Shown piece by piece: positions 8,193-19,400 of a stretch of DNA of 64,000 nucleotides (position 1 is its first letter; each line of letters begins with the position of its first letter). A program made the translations under genes and the position numbers. The stretch is taken from contig JAYQVP010000001.1 in NCBI GenBank assembly GCA_038148515.1, positions 294,102 to 358,101 of the forward strand. The letters run 5' to 3'. The notes beneath the pieces are model-generated. The model was not told the DNA's origin, did not search any database, and worked only from the letters and a program-made list of their open reading frames with translations. Source of the DNA: Poseidonia sp. (lineage in GTDB: Archaea; Thermoplasmatota; Poseidoniia; Poseidoniales; Poseidoniaceae).

Positions 8193-10874
8193 ATGAACTC
8201 CAACGGCATCTTTGCTGTTCTCCTTTCGGTTTTTTTGGTGATGGGAGCCTTGCCCGTGGATTGCGCAAAGCCCCTTGAGGACCGTCCCGCTCCGGCTTCG
8301 TCGGTTGGCGAAACGGTCACGACCGGGTGGCTGGCTTCCGCTAGCGGCTCCAGTTACGAATTCATCAACGCGATGTTGGCGCTGAGCAACGGAAGCACGC
8401 TCGTTGCAGGTTCGTTTTACCAAGACATCATCTTTAACGGCGATATCATCGGTTTTTCCAGCAACGATTCTTCGTTCGGCGAGGATTTGTACATGGCATG
8501 GATCGGCCCAAACGGGGAATGGAACCATTCGATGAGCACCTCAAGTGGAGGAAACGACAGAATCACATCCTTGGCGCAACTGAGCGATGGCACCATCGTT
8601 GTCGCTGGAGTCTTCTGCGACATGAAACTGGGTGATGTCTGCAACATGACCTTGGGTGAACTCGATCCGCTGCAGAAAGCTGACCCGCAAGATGACAACG
8701 CTGTCTTCGTGGCTGCGATGCACCCCGACGGTACATGGTTGTGGGCCCACGCTTATTCCCATCCCTACCGCCTCGGGATCATGGACTTCATCGTGGACGA
8801 AAACGATGGTCTGCACCTCGGCCTTCTTCATTCAGGACATTTTGAAGTGGACAACCTGTCTTCACCGGGTGTTGAAAGCGTGAACTCCTTGGCCGTCATC
8901 GGCATGGACAGGGATGGCAATCACGAATTCATTCACCCCGTGATGGCCAGCGATTCGCTCGAAATCGAAGGTGTTCTGTGTGCTGATGTTGACGGACGCG
9001 CCGCCATCGCCATCACCTTCTACGGCAATCTCTCTCTCGGCGATTTCACCGTCGAAAACGAAGGAGACTCCAACGTTCTTGTCGCCCATTATTCCAGCAC
9101 AGGGTGGGAGTGGGCAACGGCGGGAGGAGGTGTGGGTGAGGTCAATGTGGCCGCCTGCGCAGCCCACCCCGAGGGAGGCGTCAACATCGTCGGCGATTAC
9201 CGTGATGAGGCGTCCTTTGGAACCCATGACTTGCCCACTGCCGTGTGGGTTGACTTTTACGAAGCCACCATCTCCTCAACAGGGGCATGGACTGGAGCCT
9301 CAGGATTTGGAGGAACGGGTGCCGACCACGCTGTTGACATCTACATCACCCCTCAAGGCACCTCGCTGATCACCGGAAAAATCACCGGATCGTTGACGCT
9401 GGGCGCCTTTGTCCTGGAGGATTTGGACAGCAACAACGACGGCAACCACCACGACATCTTCCTCGCACAGCGTTCCTCTGCAGGAGCGTGGGATTGGGCC
9501 ATTTCTGGAGGTGGCCCCGGCAACGATGTACCCCTCGCTTTGCTCAACGGCGTCAATGGTTCGCCCACCGTGGCATTCACCAGCAACGCCGATGGCGTCT
9601 TCGGGGCTCATTCCTTCGATCAACGCTACCAGTATGACGTCGGTATCTGGATGTATGAAACGGATATCGACAGCGACGGTGTGCTCGACGGTAGCGACAA
9701 CTGCCCGCAACTGGCGAACCCCGAACAGTCCAACCACGACAACGATGCGTTTGGGGACGATTGCGATGACGACGACGATGGGGACGGTGTCGACGACCTG
9801 AGCGATGATTGCCCGCTGGGTGAAGCGAATTGGGCCTCAAATTCACTATCGGACCACGATAGCGATGGTTGTCGCGATCTGAACGAAGACCTTGACGACG
9901 ACGAAGACGGGGTGTTCGACACCAACGACCTGTGCCCGTACGGTCCTGTGGGCTGGGTGTCCACGGTGGAAAACGACATGGAGGGGGATGGGTGCTCGGA
10001 CCAAGACAACGACGGCGACGGATGGGTTGACCAAGCCGACAACTGTCCTTTCGCCGCCAACCCAACACAGGCCGATTTGGATAACGACGGCATTGGGGAC
10101 GCCTGCGACGAGGACAAGGACGGGGACGGCGTTCCTGCACCCACCGACCAGTGTCCTCACGATGTCAATCCGTGGATCTCCTTTTCATGGAACGATTACG
10201 ACGGCGACGGCTGCTTGGACGAAACCATGGACGAAGATGACGACAACGACGGAGTTGAGGACAGCCGTGACCGTTGTTTACTGGGTGCTTCCAATTGGGC
10301 GGAAAACGCCTCAGAACTTGACCATGACGACGATGGATGCGCCGATGCCACCGAAGACGACGATGATGATGACGATGGCGTGAGCGACGCATTGGACCGA
10401 TGCCCTCGGGGCCTTATCGGTGTAGCCGGCATTGGTCAGGACAACGACGGTGACGGATGCATTGACGCGGTCGAAGACGACGATGACGACGGTGACGGGG
10501 TGCTCGACCCGTTGGATGCATGTCCAAACTCCAACCTTGCCGACCAAATTTCGTCCAACGGGTGCAGCCAGTATCAATTGGACGACGACAACGATGGTGT
10601 GTCCAACGCCAACGACTACTGTCAAAACTCCCCTGTGGATGCTATTGTGGATGAACGAGGATGCACCGCTCAAGTTCAGACCGAACCCACATCGAGTGAT
10701 TCAAGCGGCATCGGCCTTGCAGGTTATGTGTTCTTGATGGCCCTGGCCGTCGCAGGATTTGCGTTTTACACGAGCGCCAAACGCCCCGGACCTCCGTTGC
10801 CCCCGATGGCATCGGTGACTTCGGTCGTGCCCACGACACCCGAACGCGAGGCCAAGCCTGCTGAAGAAGAGTGA
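8193..10874 (+). CDS. secreted/membrane-anchored surface protein: signal peptide, beta-rich (propeller-like) domain, array of thrombospondin type-3-like Ca-binding repeats, C-terminal TM anchor
   Basis: MNSNGIFAVLLSVFLVMGALPVDCA (signal peptide). More than 12 repeats of DxDxDGxxDxxDxCP (e.g. DNDGDGWVDQADNCPFAANPTQADLDNDGIGDACDEDKDGDG). C-terminal GIGLAGYVFLMALAVAGFAFY followed by a Pro-rich tail. Confidence 0.8.
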   Translation: MNSNGIFAVLLSVFLVMGALPVDCAKPLEDRPAPASSVGETVTTGWLASASGSSYEFINAMLALSNGSTLVAGSFYQDIIFNGDIIGFSSNDSSFGEDLYMAWIGPNGEWNHSMSTSSGGNDRITSLAQLSDGTIVVAGVFCDMKLGDVCNMTLGELDPLQKADPQDDNAVFVAAMHPDGTWLWAHAYSHPYRLGIMDFIVDENDGLHLGLLHSGHFEVDNLSSPGVESVNSLAVIGMDRDGNHEFIHPVMASDSLEIEGVLCADVDGRAAIAITFYGNLSLGDFTVENEGDSNVLVAHYSSTGWEWATAGGGVGEVNVAACAAHPEGGVNIVGDYRDEASFGTHDLPTAVWVDFYEATISSTGAWTGASGFGGTGADHAVDIYITPQGTSLITGKITGSLTLGAFVLEDLDSNNDGNHHDIFLAQRSSAGAWDWAISGGGPGNDVPLALLNGVNGSPTVAFTSNADGVFGAHSFDQRYQYDVGIWMYETDIDSDGVLDGSDNCPQLANPEQSNHDNDAFGDDCDDDDDGDGVDDLSDDCPLGEANWASNSLSDHDSDGCRDLNEDLDDDEDGVFDTNDLCPYGPVGWVSTVENDMEGDGCSDQDNDGDGWVDQADNCPFAANPTQADLDNDGIGDACDEDKDGDGVPAPTDQCPHDVNPWISFSWNDYDGDGCLDETMDEDDDNDGVEDSRDRCLLGASNWAENASELDHDDDGCADATEDDDDDDDGVSDALDRCPRGLIGVAGIGQDNDGDGCIDAVEDDDDDGDGVLDPLDACPNSNLADQISSNGCSQYQLDDDNDGVSNANDYCQNSPVDAIVDERGCTAQVQTEPTSSDSSGIGLAGYVFLMALAVAGFAFYTSAKRPGPPLPPMASVTSVVPTTPEREAKPAEEE

Positions 10875-13709
10875 TCAGACATAGACGACGGCGGGCGAGA
10901 GCGGCATCGCTGAACCTGAACGTTCGGTGGTGTCAGCATCACTCTCACCCAGCACAACATCCACTTCGGCTACACCCAATTCTTCAGCGATGAACTGCGC
11001 GGCCCGGTTGAGCACGGCCGTTTCGTCAATGCCAAGAAGCAGGTCGGCCTTGGAAGCGTCGTCCCATTTGAAGAGTTGAGGCATCATTTTTTTGCCCCAG
11101 AAGCCCAAGATTTCGCCTTGCCGCTCGCCCTGTGCGATAGGCATGGACTTCAGCACAGGCATGAATTGTTTCGGATGTCCACCGTCTTCCATGAAGCGAA
11201 GGGCTGCTTGAGCCAGCTCAGTTTTCCATGAAGGTGAGACCACGAACGTAGCACCTTGTGCAGATGCACCAAGATGACGTTCAGCCACAGTTTGCACCTT
11301 TCGGGCCTGCTCGAGAACGTTGCGAATGTATTGCTCGCTGGCCAAGGTCAACAACTGTGCCTGCGACAAGGGTTCGGGTACGTCCAGTAAACTCCCGGAC
11401 ACAAAACCCTCCGTGCTTTCGAAGGAGGCCCACCATGTTTCGGCCAAATGCGGCGTGGACACCGAAACGAGTTGCGCCCAAGAGGGAAGGATGGCATGAG
11501 CCACCGAACGGTTGTTCCCGCCCCGACGCACATACCAATTGATGTCCTTGATCACTTCAAAGTGTGAAAGTTCCACCGCCCGACGCAGATCGTACCCGTC
11601 CATCGCAGCGACGAATTCATGTTGGCGTTGTGCAAAGCGGGCTTCCAGCCATGCATCCATTGGCGTTGCCTCTTCCCCCCATGCCAGAATCTGTTGGGGC
11701 ATGGTGGCGAGTTGGGTCATCACACGGTGGTTCGCTTCGAGTGCAGCATCGGACCAGTCCATACCGGCGGTTGGGTTAGCGGCGAAGAGAATGAACAGGC
11801 GGACGGTATCGGCGCCAAAGCGTTCAATCATTTCACCGGGCGATACCGTGTTGCCCAACGACTTGCTCATTTTGGCTGAACGAGCGCTCAAGCTACCCTC
11901 GCAGTGCGGGCAAGGCGCGCCTTCGTGGTCCACCGAGAGCGTGATGTTGCACGTCGGGCAGAACGGGGTTGATTTGTTGACCATACCCTGACAGAGCAAT
12001 TCATTGAACGGCTCGTCGATGGACATGAGGCCCAAGTCGCGAAGCGCTTTGGTCATGAAACGGGCATAGATGAGGTGCATTTGCGCATGTTCAATGCCTC
12101 CGCAGTAGAAATCAACCTGCATCCAATGGTCGGCCGCCGCCTCCGCAAAGGCCGCTTCGTCGTTCATGGCGTCGGTATAGCGAAGGAAATACCAGGACGA
12201 ATCGATGAACGTGTCCATGGTATCGGTTTCGCGGCGACCTTCCCCTCCGCAGCTCGGGCAAGAGGCGAGGAGGAAGTCGACTGAGGTTTCCAGCGGGTTG
12301 CCCTGCCCGAACTCAACATCCGTGGGCAACACCACCGGCAGGTCGGCATCGGGAACCGCAACCGGGCCACAGTCGTTGCAGTGAATCACCGGAATGGGCG
12401 TGCCCCAGTACCGTTGTCGGGACACCAGCCACGGCCGAATCTTCCAATTGATGGTGCGGTGGCCACGATTGGCTTGTTCAAGCGCATCGCAAATCGCAGC
12501 CTTGGCGTCTTCGCCGTACAGGCCATCAAAGCCTTCGAGCGTACTGTTGACCATCCATCCGAGATCCGTTTCCGCCTTCTTCATGGGCGCATCGGCGTCG
12601 GCTCCTTCCTTCATCACCAACACCCGCTTGATGGGCAGTTCGTATTGACTGGCAAAATCGAAGTCGCGATCGTCGTGGCCGGGAACAGCCATGACAGCAC
12701 CCGTTCCGTAGGAAGCGATGACAAAGTTCCCGAACCAGATAGGAAGTTCTTCACCGGTCAAGGGATGAACGGCGTATGCGCCGGAAAAGACCCCTTTCTT
12801 CTTGTTCATGTTCTTGATTCGGTCAAACTCAGCCATGCTGGAAACTTCATCGTTGAGTGCCTTCCAGTCTGCCTCGTAGGGCGTTCCTGCGACCAGCGAG
12901 GGCGCCAAGGGGTGTTCGGGAGCGAGCGTAACAAAACTGGCGCCGAACAGCGTATCGGGCCGGGTGGTGAAGACTTCGATATCGCCCTCCCGTCCTGCCA
13001 AAGCAAAGCGAATGTTGGCGCCCTCCGAACGCCCCAACCAATCCCGCTGCAACGCCTTGACGTGGTCGGGAAAATCGATGGTATCAAGTCCGTCCCACAA
13101 CTCTTGGGCGTACGAAGGCAGGTCGAGGAACCACTGGTTCATTTCCTTCTGCGTGACCGGGCCGTTGCATCGCCAGCACCGACCTGCCTTGACTTGCTCG
13201 TTGGCTAATACGGTGGTGCAATCCTCGCACCAGTTCACGGGGGCGTGTTCGCGAGTCGCCAAACCCGAGGCCATAAATCGGGTGAAGAACCACTGGTTCC
13301 AACGGTAATACTTCGGGTCGTGGCTCTTCAATGTGCGACGCCAGTCGTAGGAGAAACCCATTCGCTTGATCTGCTCGGTGATGGAAGCCATGTTTCGCTC
13401 GGTGATTTCGTGCGGATGGCCGCCTTCAGCAATGGCTGCATTTTCTGCGGGCATTCCAAACGAGTCAAAACCCATCGGATAGAGGACATCAAAGCCCATC
13501 ATCCGCTTGAAGCGAGCAACGGCGTCGCCAATCGAGTAATTTCTCACGTGACCCATGTGCATTTTTCCAGACGGGTACGGGTACATCTCAAGGCAGTAAA
13601 AGGCGGGACGGTCGGGATGAATGTCGGCATTGAAAAGGCCGGCCTCCGCCCACCGGCGCTGCCATTCAACCTCGTCCACTTCAACGGGTTCGAACGACAT
13701 GGGCTTCAC
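10875..13709 (-). CDS. leuS: leucyl-tRNA synthetase (archaeal/eukaryotic type)
   Basis: 944 aa. YPYPSGKMHMGHVRNY (HIGH region), CP1 editing domain, and KMSKSLGN (KMSKS). The ORF fills the whole interval. Confidence 0.95.
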   Translation of the reverse strand: MKPMSFEPVEVDEVEWQRRWAEAGLFNADIHPDRPAFYCLEMYPYPSGKMHMGHVRNYSIGDAVARFKRMMGFDVLYPMGFDSFGMPAENAAIAEGGHPHEITERNMASITEQIKRMGFSYDWRRTLKSHDPKYYRWNQWFFTRFMASGLATREHAPVNWCEDCTTVLANEQVKAGRCWRCNGPVTQKEMNQWFLDLPSYAQELWDGLDTIDFPDHVKALQRDWLGRSEGANIRFALAGREGDIEVFTTRPDTLFGASFVTLAPEHPLAPSLVAGTPYEADWKALNDEVSSMAEFDRIKNMNKKKGVFSGAYAVHPLTGEELPIWFGNFVIASYGTGAVMAVPGHDDRDFDFASQYELPIKRVLVMKEGADADAPMKKAETDLGWMVNSTLEGFDGLYGEDAKAAICDALEQANRGHRTINWKIRPWLVSRQRYWGTPIPVIHCNDCGPVAVPDADLPVVLPTDVEFGQGNPLETSVDFLLASCPSCGGEGRRETDTMDTFIDSSWYFLRYTDAMNDEAAFAEAAADHWMQVDFYCGGIEHAQMHLIYARFMTKALRDLGLMSIDEPFNELLCQGMVNKSTPFCPTCNITLSVDHEGAPCPHCEGSLSARSAKMSKSLGNTVSPGEMIERFGADTVRLFILFAANPTAGMDWSDAALEANHRVMTQLATMPQQILAWGEEATPMDAWLEARFAQRQHEFVAAMDGYDLRRAVELSHFEVIKDINWYVRRGGNNRSVAHAILPSWAQLVSVSTPHLAETWWASFESTEGFVSGSLLDVPEPLSQAQLLTLASEQYIRNVLEQARKVQTVAERHLGASAQGATFVVSPSWKTELAQAALRFMEDGGHPKQFMPVLKSMPIAQGERQGEILGFWGKKMMPQLFKWDDASKADLLLGIDETAVLNRAAQFIAEELGVAEVDVVLGESDADTTERSGSAMPLSPAVVYV

Positions 13710-13794
13710 CGTCCTTCAGGACAGACCGACCCACTCGCCCTCACGCTATGAAATCCACGCCTCGCGTCCGACACGAGGTGAGGCCTTCATCGGT

Positions 13795-16365
13795 TCACTC
13801 AGGAGCGAGGTCCTCGCTGGTCTCCAAGAGGAAAATGGCTTCTCGCGTCAACTTGTATCGGTTCTTCACACCCATCTTGCGGCGCTCGACCAACCCGTAC
13901 TTCTGCAAGGTTCGCAAATGGTGGGAGATGAGCTGTTGACTCTTTTCCAGACGCTTGGCCAATTCGGCTTGAGTTGGGAATTGGCCCATTGCGCCATCAT
14001 GGTCAAGAACAGCGAGAATCTTGCCTTGCAGGCTGTTGGGATCGGGTGACAACAGTGGAACAGGGAGGTCATCTTCGTCCATGTTGGGGTGAAGTTGGTT
14101 CGTGAAGGGATAGTACCGAACTAAGCGTCCGTCACTTTTTCGCCAGACATTTTCTTCAGCCTCCAAGATGCGCAGGTGGTGCGTGATTTGCCCGTTGCTC
14201 ATGTCGAGGGCGCTCATCAGTGCACGGAAATGACACCCTGGATTCGCCGTCAAGTACCCCATCAATCGGCCTCGTTGGTATCGCCCGTCGGTGGTTTCGT
14301 GCGTTTTGCCCACCAAGCCAAGGAACCACAACCCTGCCATCGTGGCGGGAATGCGCAACCCCTCGTTGGTCAGACCGATCGCTAAGACGAGGGACAACAC
14401 CGAGGTGGTGACGACCACGGTGACGACCGTCGCCACGGGGGCAATGGTGGCTTGCTCTTCGGTGACGACGGGGGTGGACGCCTCCTCAACAACCGATGAT
14501 TCCTCCGTTGCGAGCGGCGCTTCATGCAGCACAACCACGACTTCCACCGAAGGTGCGGAGAAGCCTGCGCAAGCCGGAGCGACGCTGGCCTCACGGACGG
14601 TGTACATGCCTTGAACCGAGGATGTTGGGGTCCACGAGCCCAAGGTTCGGGCGTGGGCCAGCAGATACGAGTCGCCGCCGTCTTCGAGGGCAAAGCACGT
14701 GCCTGATTCAGTCATCAAACCCATCCACGTACCGGTGATGTCAAAGGTTGGGGGAAGAACCTCCTCGACCGGTGCCTTCTCGACCTCCGTGGTGAAGGTG
14801 CTCGGCCAGACGATATCGATGGAGGTCTGGCTGGGCGTGACGCTTAGGAAAGTCACGGTCAAGGTGTATTCGCCCTCCGGCACGATGGCTATTCCGTCCT
14901 GAATCATGTTGACCTCAAACGAATCAAGGGCGATGGTGGAGGTTTGGTTGTTCAGCAACAATTTACGGCCGTCAAGAACATCGCAACTGGTCAGGTCATG
15001 ATGGACGCGTTGACCGTTCGTGTCAACGAAATCAACTTGGAACGCGCACGGTTGCTGCATGCGGAGATGTTGCGATTCCAGTACGGTGGACAGCGTCGGC
15101 TCCAACCGAAGACGGTCCTCATCCAGCCATGTCGAGGTGAGGTCCAACAACGCCGGAGTCTGCAGTCCACAATTCTTCGGCAACCAATCGATGTATTTCA
15201 CCTCGTGGACGTCCACCAGACCAAATTGGGGAACTTCCGCAACCACCGTATAGGTTCCCGGGTCTACCTTGCATCCGTCTTCGTTGAAAAAGCGCCACTG
15301 GGGGACGCTGATGACGAGAGGACTGTCCCGGCTTAGGGTCGTTTCAAGGTTGATGGGTTGGCATGTGGTTCCCTCTCGGCTGTCAAACACAACCTCGCCC
15401 AAATCATTCACGACCCACACATCGGCTTTGCATGAGGAGTCGAACACGATGGTTTGGCTTTGTTCGCCTTCCAGTTCAAGCACGACCTCGCCGTTCAGTG
15501 TACCTTCCCTGTCGTACACAATGGTTGATGTGTCATCGGGGACAAAGGTCGCTTTCAATCCCTCAACCGCCACCGTTGGTGCGCTAGGTGTGAGGACAAA
15601 CTCGGTCGAGAATTGGTCGCCGGGGGTCGTCAGGGTCACGGTGGTGGCGACCTCGCTTCGCAGAGCAAGATGGTCGACGAGCAGCAATTCACCGGGCATC
15701 AACCGCTTCAATCCCCCGATGCATGAAGGCCCCAAGGAATACTCATCGCCAATTTTGATCTCAAAGCGGCACGTCGGGATGTCCGAAAGGTCAACGGGTG
15801 AAGTGGTCGGGTTGTGGAGGTTCACGATGTAGACCACCGTGCCGTTGGCCACTGAATCGCGGGCCACGGGTTCAACGGCGATCTTCAAACTGGACGGGAG
15901 AGTGACCGGTGTCTGGATGGTTGCTGACATCCGCTCGGACATACCGCTTCCAACATGAACCACCTCAACAGTGTAGGAGCCGCTTTCCAACCAGTCGCCG
16001 GTTTCGTCCTTCATGTCCCACGTCAGGGCGTCATAGGTGTGGCTGTCCCCCTCGTCAAGGTTCATGCCTTGTTCAGCGGATGGGCACCGTTCCACCCCGT
16101 TTACAACGAGCACACCCGTTGCATTGTACACGTTGAGAGCAACCTCACACTGCGGGTTGGTCAGGAGTTCGACAGCCGGCCCGATGTTGACCAGAGAGGG
16201 CGTCAGGACCAGAGGATGGTCGACATCGTACCACGGGCGGTCCACCGGCTCAACGCTTGACGTCCATTGGACATCGCCCGTTTCAGCCGTCACCAAACCG
16301 GCGAACAAGGAGGCGAGCAGGACACCCACCAACGCCAAACGTCGGCCTGTCGGCTGCTCGCCCAT
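13795..16365 (-). CDS. type I membrane protein: signal peptide + ~600 aa extracellular beta-sandwich domains + single TM + two cytoplasmic winged-helix (ArsR/TrmB-like) DNA-binding domains
   Basis: RRLALVGVLLASLFAGLVTAETG (signal peptide). VATVVTVVVTTSVLSLVLAIGL (TM). LMGYLTANPGCHFRALMSALDMSNGQITHHLRILEAEENV and ILAVLDHDGAMGQFPTQAELAKRLEKSQQLISHHLRTLQKYGLVERR (two wHTH). Overlaps the upstream adhesin gene by 14 nt (same strand). Confidence 0.7.
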   Translation of the reverse strand: MGEQPTGRRLALVGVLLASLFAGLVTAETGDVQWTSSVEPVDRPWYDVDHPLVLTPSLVNIGPAVELLTNPQCEVALNVYNATGVLVVNGVERCPSAEQGMNLDEGDSHTYDALTWDMKDETGDWLESGSYTVEVVHVGSGMSERMSATIQTPVTLPSSLKIAVEPVARDSVANGTVVYIVNLHNPTTSPVDLSDIPTCRFEIKIGDEYSLGPSCIGGLKRLMPGELLLVDHLALRSEVATTVTLTTPGDQFSTEFVLTPSAPTVAVEGLKATFVPDDTSTIVYDREGTLNGEVVLELEGEQSQTIVFDSSCKADVWVVNDLGEVVFDSREGTTCQPINLETTLSRDSPLVISVPQWRFFNEDGCKVDPGTYTVVAEVPQFGLVDVHEVKYIDWLPKNCGLQTPALLDLTSTWLDEDRLRLEPTLSTVLESQHLRMQQPCAFQVDFVDTNGQRVHHDLTSCDVLDGRKLLLNNQTSTIALDSFEVNMIQDGIAIVPEGEYTLTVTFLSVTPSQTSIDIVWPSTFTTEVEKAPVEEVLPPTFDITGTWMGLMTESGTCFALEDGGDSYLLAHARTLGSWTPTSSVQGMYTVREASVAPACAGFSAPSVEVVVVLHEAPLATEESSVVEEASTPVVTEEQATIAPVATVVTVVVTTSVLSLVLAIGLTNEGLRIPATMAGLWFLGLVGKTHETTDGRYQRGRLMGYLTANPGCHFRALMSALDMSNGQITHHLRILEAEENVWRKSDGRLVRYYPFTNQLHPNMDEDDLPVPLLSPDPNSLQGKILAVLDHDGAMGQFPTQAELAKRLEKSQQLISHHLRTLQKYGLVERRKMGVKNRYKLTREAIFLLETSEDLAPE

Positions 16366-16423
16366 GTGGAAACATGCCCCCTTCTCCTTTGAAAGGCCAG
16401 CGGTGCAAACGGTGCGTGAAGCC

Positions 16424-19400
16424 TCAGTAGTTGTCAAGGTCCATCATCGTTGGAATCGCAGCCTCGGCGGCTGCCTGCTGTTGAAGTTCGTGCTGCTTCC
16501 ACTCGGGCAACCCTTCCGTGCCCTCCCAGCCCAATGCACGGGCTTCGGCGTAGTTGCCCTGGGACACGTAATGTTGAATCCAAGCCTGCCGTCGTTCCTC
16601 TTCTTCAGCGAAGGATTCGTTCATCATCTGCTCTTCCCGCTTGACTGCCAACGCCTTACGCTTGCCGGCTGCCCGAGAGATTTGCGCGACGAAAATCAGA
16701 GCCAGCATGAACAACACGGCGCCCAGCATCATGGTGATGGTGCCGGACTGGCCTTCGAGGAAGCCTTCCTCCTCAGCCGCTGGTGCGTTGGGGTCGGAGG
16801 TGATCGAGCACACGGCGGTGCTCTTTGCTCCTTCGAACACCTCAGGGTCCCACGGACACGGGTCGTACTCGTCAGCAGCGCCGTCACCGTCCACATCAGG
16901 GCATCCATAGTAATCCTCGCGATACGAAGTCCCAGGGACCTTGTTGCAAGAATCGTATTGGTAGCCCGTTGCGTTGTCGCCGTAGCCGTCACCGTCAAAG
17001 TCGAGCCACTGGCTGGCGCGAAGGGGGAAGTTATCCACGCGATTGGAACTGCTGATATTGTCACCCCAGCCGTCGCCGTCCACGTCGGACCATTGTGAAG
17101 CGATGGTCGGGAAGGCGTCGCCGCGTTGATCGCGCAGTACGAGGAACATACCCTCGTTTTCTTCATCTGCAACCGTCATGTTCTCCCAGAAATAGTTGTC
17201 ACCGTAGCCGTCGCCGTCGCTGTCCATCCACTGTTCGTGGTCTTCAGGGAAGGCATCGTCGACATCGGCGAAGCCGTCGAGGTCGGCATCGGGGCAGCCC
17301 AGTCGGCCCTCTTTGGTGGATTTGCCAAAGACCTCGACGCAATCGTCGCCGTTGGGCACCGCGGTGTTGTCGCCATAGCCGTCACCGTCGGCGTCGGCCC
17401 ACTGGAAGGGGTCGTTGGGGAACGCGTCCAAGGGGTCGGTGACGCCATCGAGGTCACTGTCAGGACAACCCCGGGATTCGGCTGCTTGGGATTCGCCGTA
17501 TTGCAGGGGACAGATGTCTCCGTTGTTGCCCTCGATGTTGTCGCCGTAGCCGTCGCCGTCCTCATCACTCCATTGGGTGGCGTCCGAAGGGAAGGCGTCA
17601 CCGTTGTTGCCGCCGGGGTTGTCGCCGTAGCCGTCACCATCGGTGTCCTTCCACTGGCTTGAATCGTCGGGGAACGTATCGGGGTTGTTTCCGCTAGCAT
17701 TGTCGCCGCGGTTGTCACCGTCACGGTCCGACCACTGCGTGGCGTCGTCGGGGAAGGGGTCGCCGGCGTTGGAGTACCCGTCGCCGTCCCGGTCAGCACA
17801 CCCTTGTCGGTCCACGGTGGAGGTGCCAGCCGATGAAGGACAATCATCAGCGTTGTTCCCGCTGGAGTTGCTACCAAAGCCATCACCGTCTTCGTCGCAC
17901 CACTGGGTAGGGTCGTTGGGGAACGCATCAGCGCCAAAGCAATCGGGCGTTGAGGGCCAGCCGGGTGTTTCGTCGGAGAAACCGTCGCCGTCCGTGTCCA
18001 CGCATCCCAAGCGGTCGTATTGCGAGGTCCCGGGGGTGGTGGGGCAACCGTCGGCTCGGTCGCTGTTTTGATTGTCGCCAAAGCCATCGCCGTCGGTGTC
18101 GAGGTGCTGAGTTCGGTCGAGCGGGAAAGCGTCGGGCTCGTTGGCGCTCGGTAGCAGCAGACCCGGCCATGTGCTCGGACGGTTGGGGCTCCACGAGGCA
18201 TTCTCGTAGTTGTCGCCGTAACCGTCACCGTCGGTATCATTCCATTGCGTTGGGTCGTTGGGGAAGGCGTCGCCGCTCTGGTTGACTTGGAATTGATACA
18301 CGTCGAGGTCGAAGTAGTAATTGTCACCGTGACCGTCACCGTCCGAGTCCATCCATTGGGCGGGGTCGGCCGGTGCCCAATCGCCGGCATCCGACCAGCC
18401 GTCACCGTCCCCATCGGGGCAACCGTATCGATCTTCGGTCGAGGTCCCGGGGACCGTCACGCATTCGTCGGGCTGGTTGGCAGGGGCGGGGTTGTCGCCG
18501 TACCCGTCGTTATCGGTGTCGTCCCATTGGGTGCCGTCGTCAGGGAAAGCGTCCACGATGCCGTCGCCTTGGTCCGTTGAATTGTAGCCGTCGTTGTCGG
18601 GGTCCAAGTCGGCAAACAGGAAGTACACGCCTTCGTCGTTGCGCCCCACCGAGAGGACCATGTCGTAACCACCGGGGTGCCATGCAAGGCCGTAATGAGC
18701 ACCGCAGTTGTTGTTTTGGAAGGAGGTGCAACCACCAGGTTGAGGCGTCGAGTACGTATCGACCTGCGCCCCTGAGGTTGTTTGATAGAGGAAGGTGGTC
18801 GCACCATCGGTGCCGTAGTAATTGAGGGCGTAAGCCACTTGCGTGCCGTCGGGTGAGAACTCCGTATCAAAACAGGTCGTGGTCATGGATTTCTGAAACA
18901 GTTGAGCCCCCGTCATCATGTTCCATACACCGCCTCGGGCCGGCTGTTGACCTCCTGCAGTGCACGCCGAGACGAGGGTCCCGTCAGGTGAAATGTGAAC
19001 GGCGTTGTAGTTGTAATTCCCGCTGGAGATGGTTCGGACCACTTGCCAGTTGGAGGTGTTGAGGATGAAGATGTCGCCGTCTGCACCAACCGCCATTCGA
19101 GTGCCGTCCGGGGAGAAGGTCACGGACGAGAAGGTGTTGCCGTTGCCGGGTGTGAGCTCTTGCCACAATGATCCGGTGGCGATATCGAAGAACATCACCG
19201 AACAGCCGCTGCAACCACCGCCACCGCCACCGCTGGTTTCATCGACCACTGCGAATGACGTGCTGTTGGCCATGAAGGCCACGTCGGAGAACAGGCGAGA
19301 ACCTCCGGTGTGCGTCAATCCGGTGTGGATGGCCGTGAGGTTGTTGGCCCAGAAGACGGCTGCCGTGTCATCGGACAGGGTGGCTGCGATGTATTGACCG

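Noticed and set aside
9700-10560. Periodic Asp-rich DNA repeats and the 55.8-56.1 kb 12-nt repeats considered as CRISPR arrays
   Set aside because: Repeats are imperfect, in-frame and coding (TSP3 and GPPS units), with no unique spacers of regular length and no cas genes. Not CRISPR.
12381-13208. 275-aa plus-strand ORF and other 100-170 aa ORFs antisense to leuS
   Set aside because: Fully inside the well-supported 944-aa LeuRS gene with conserved HIGH/KMSKS motifs. The antisense products are low-complexity.
17176-18414. 412-aa ORF (and several others, e.g. 9577-10140, 9626-10144, 9892-10383) inside the TSP3-repeat genes, rich in T/V/P/R
   Set aside because: Out-of-frame or antisense readings of the periodic GAC-GGC-GAC Asp-rich repeat codons. 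The products are low-complexity, have no start context, and are fully contained in the convincing adhesin ORFs.
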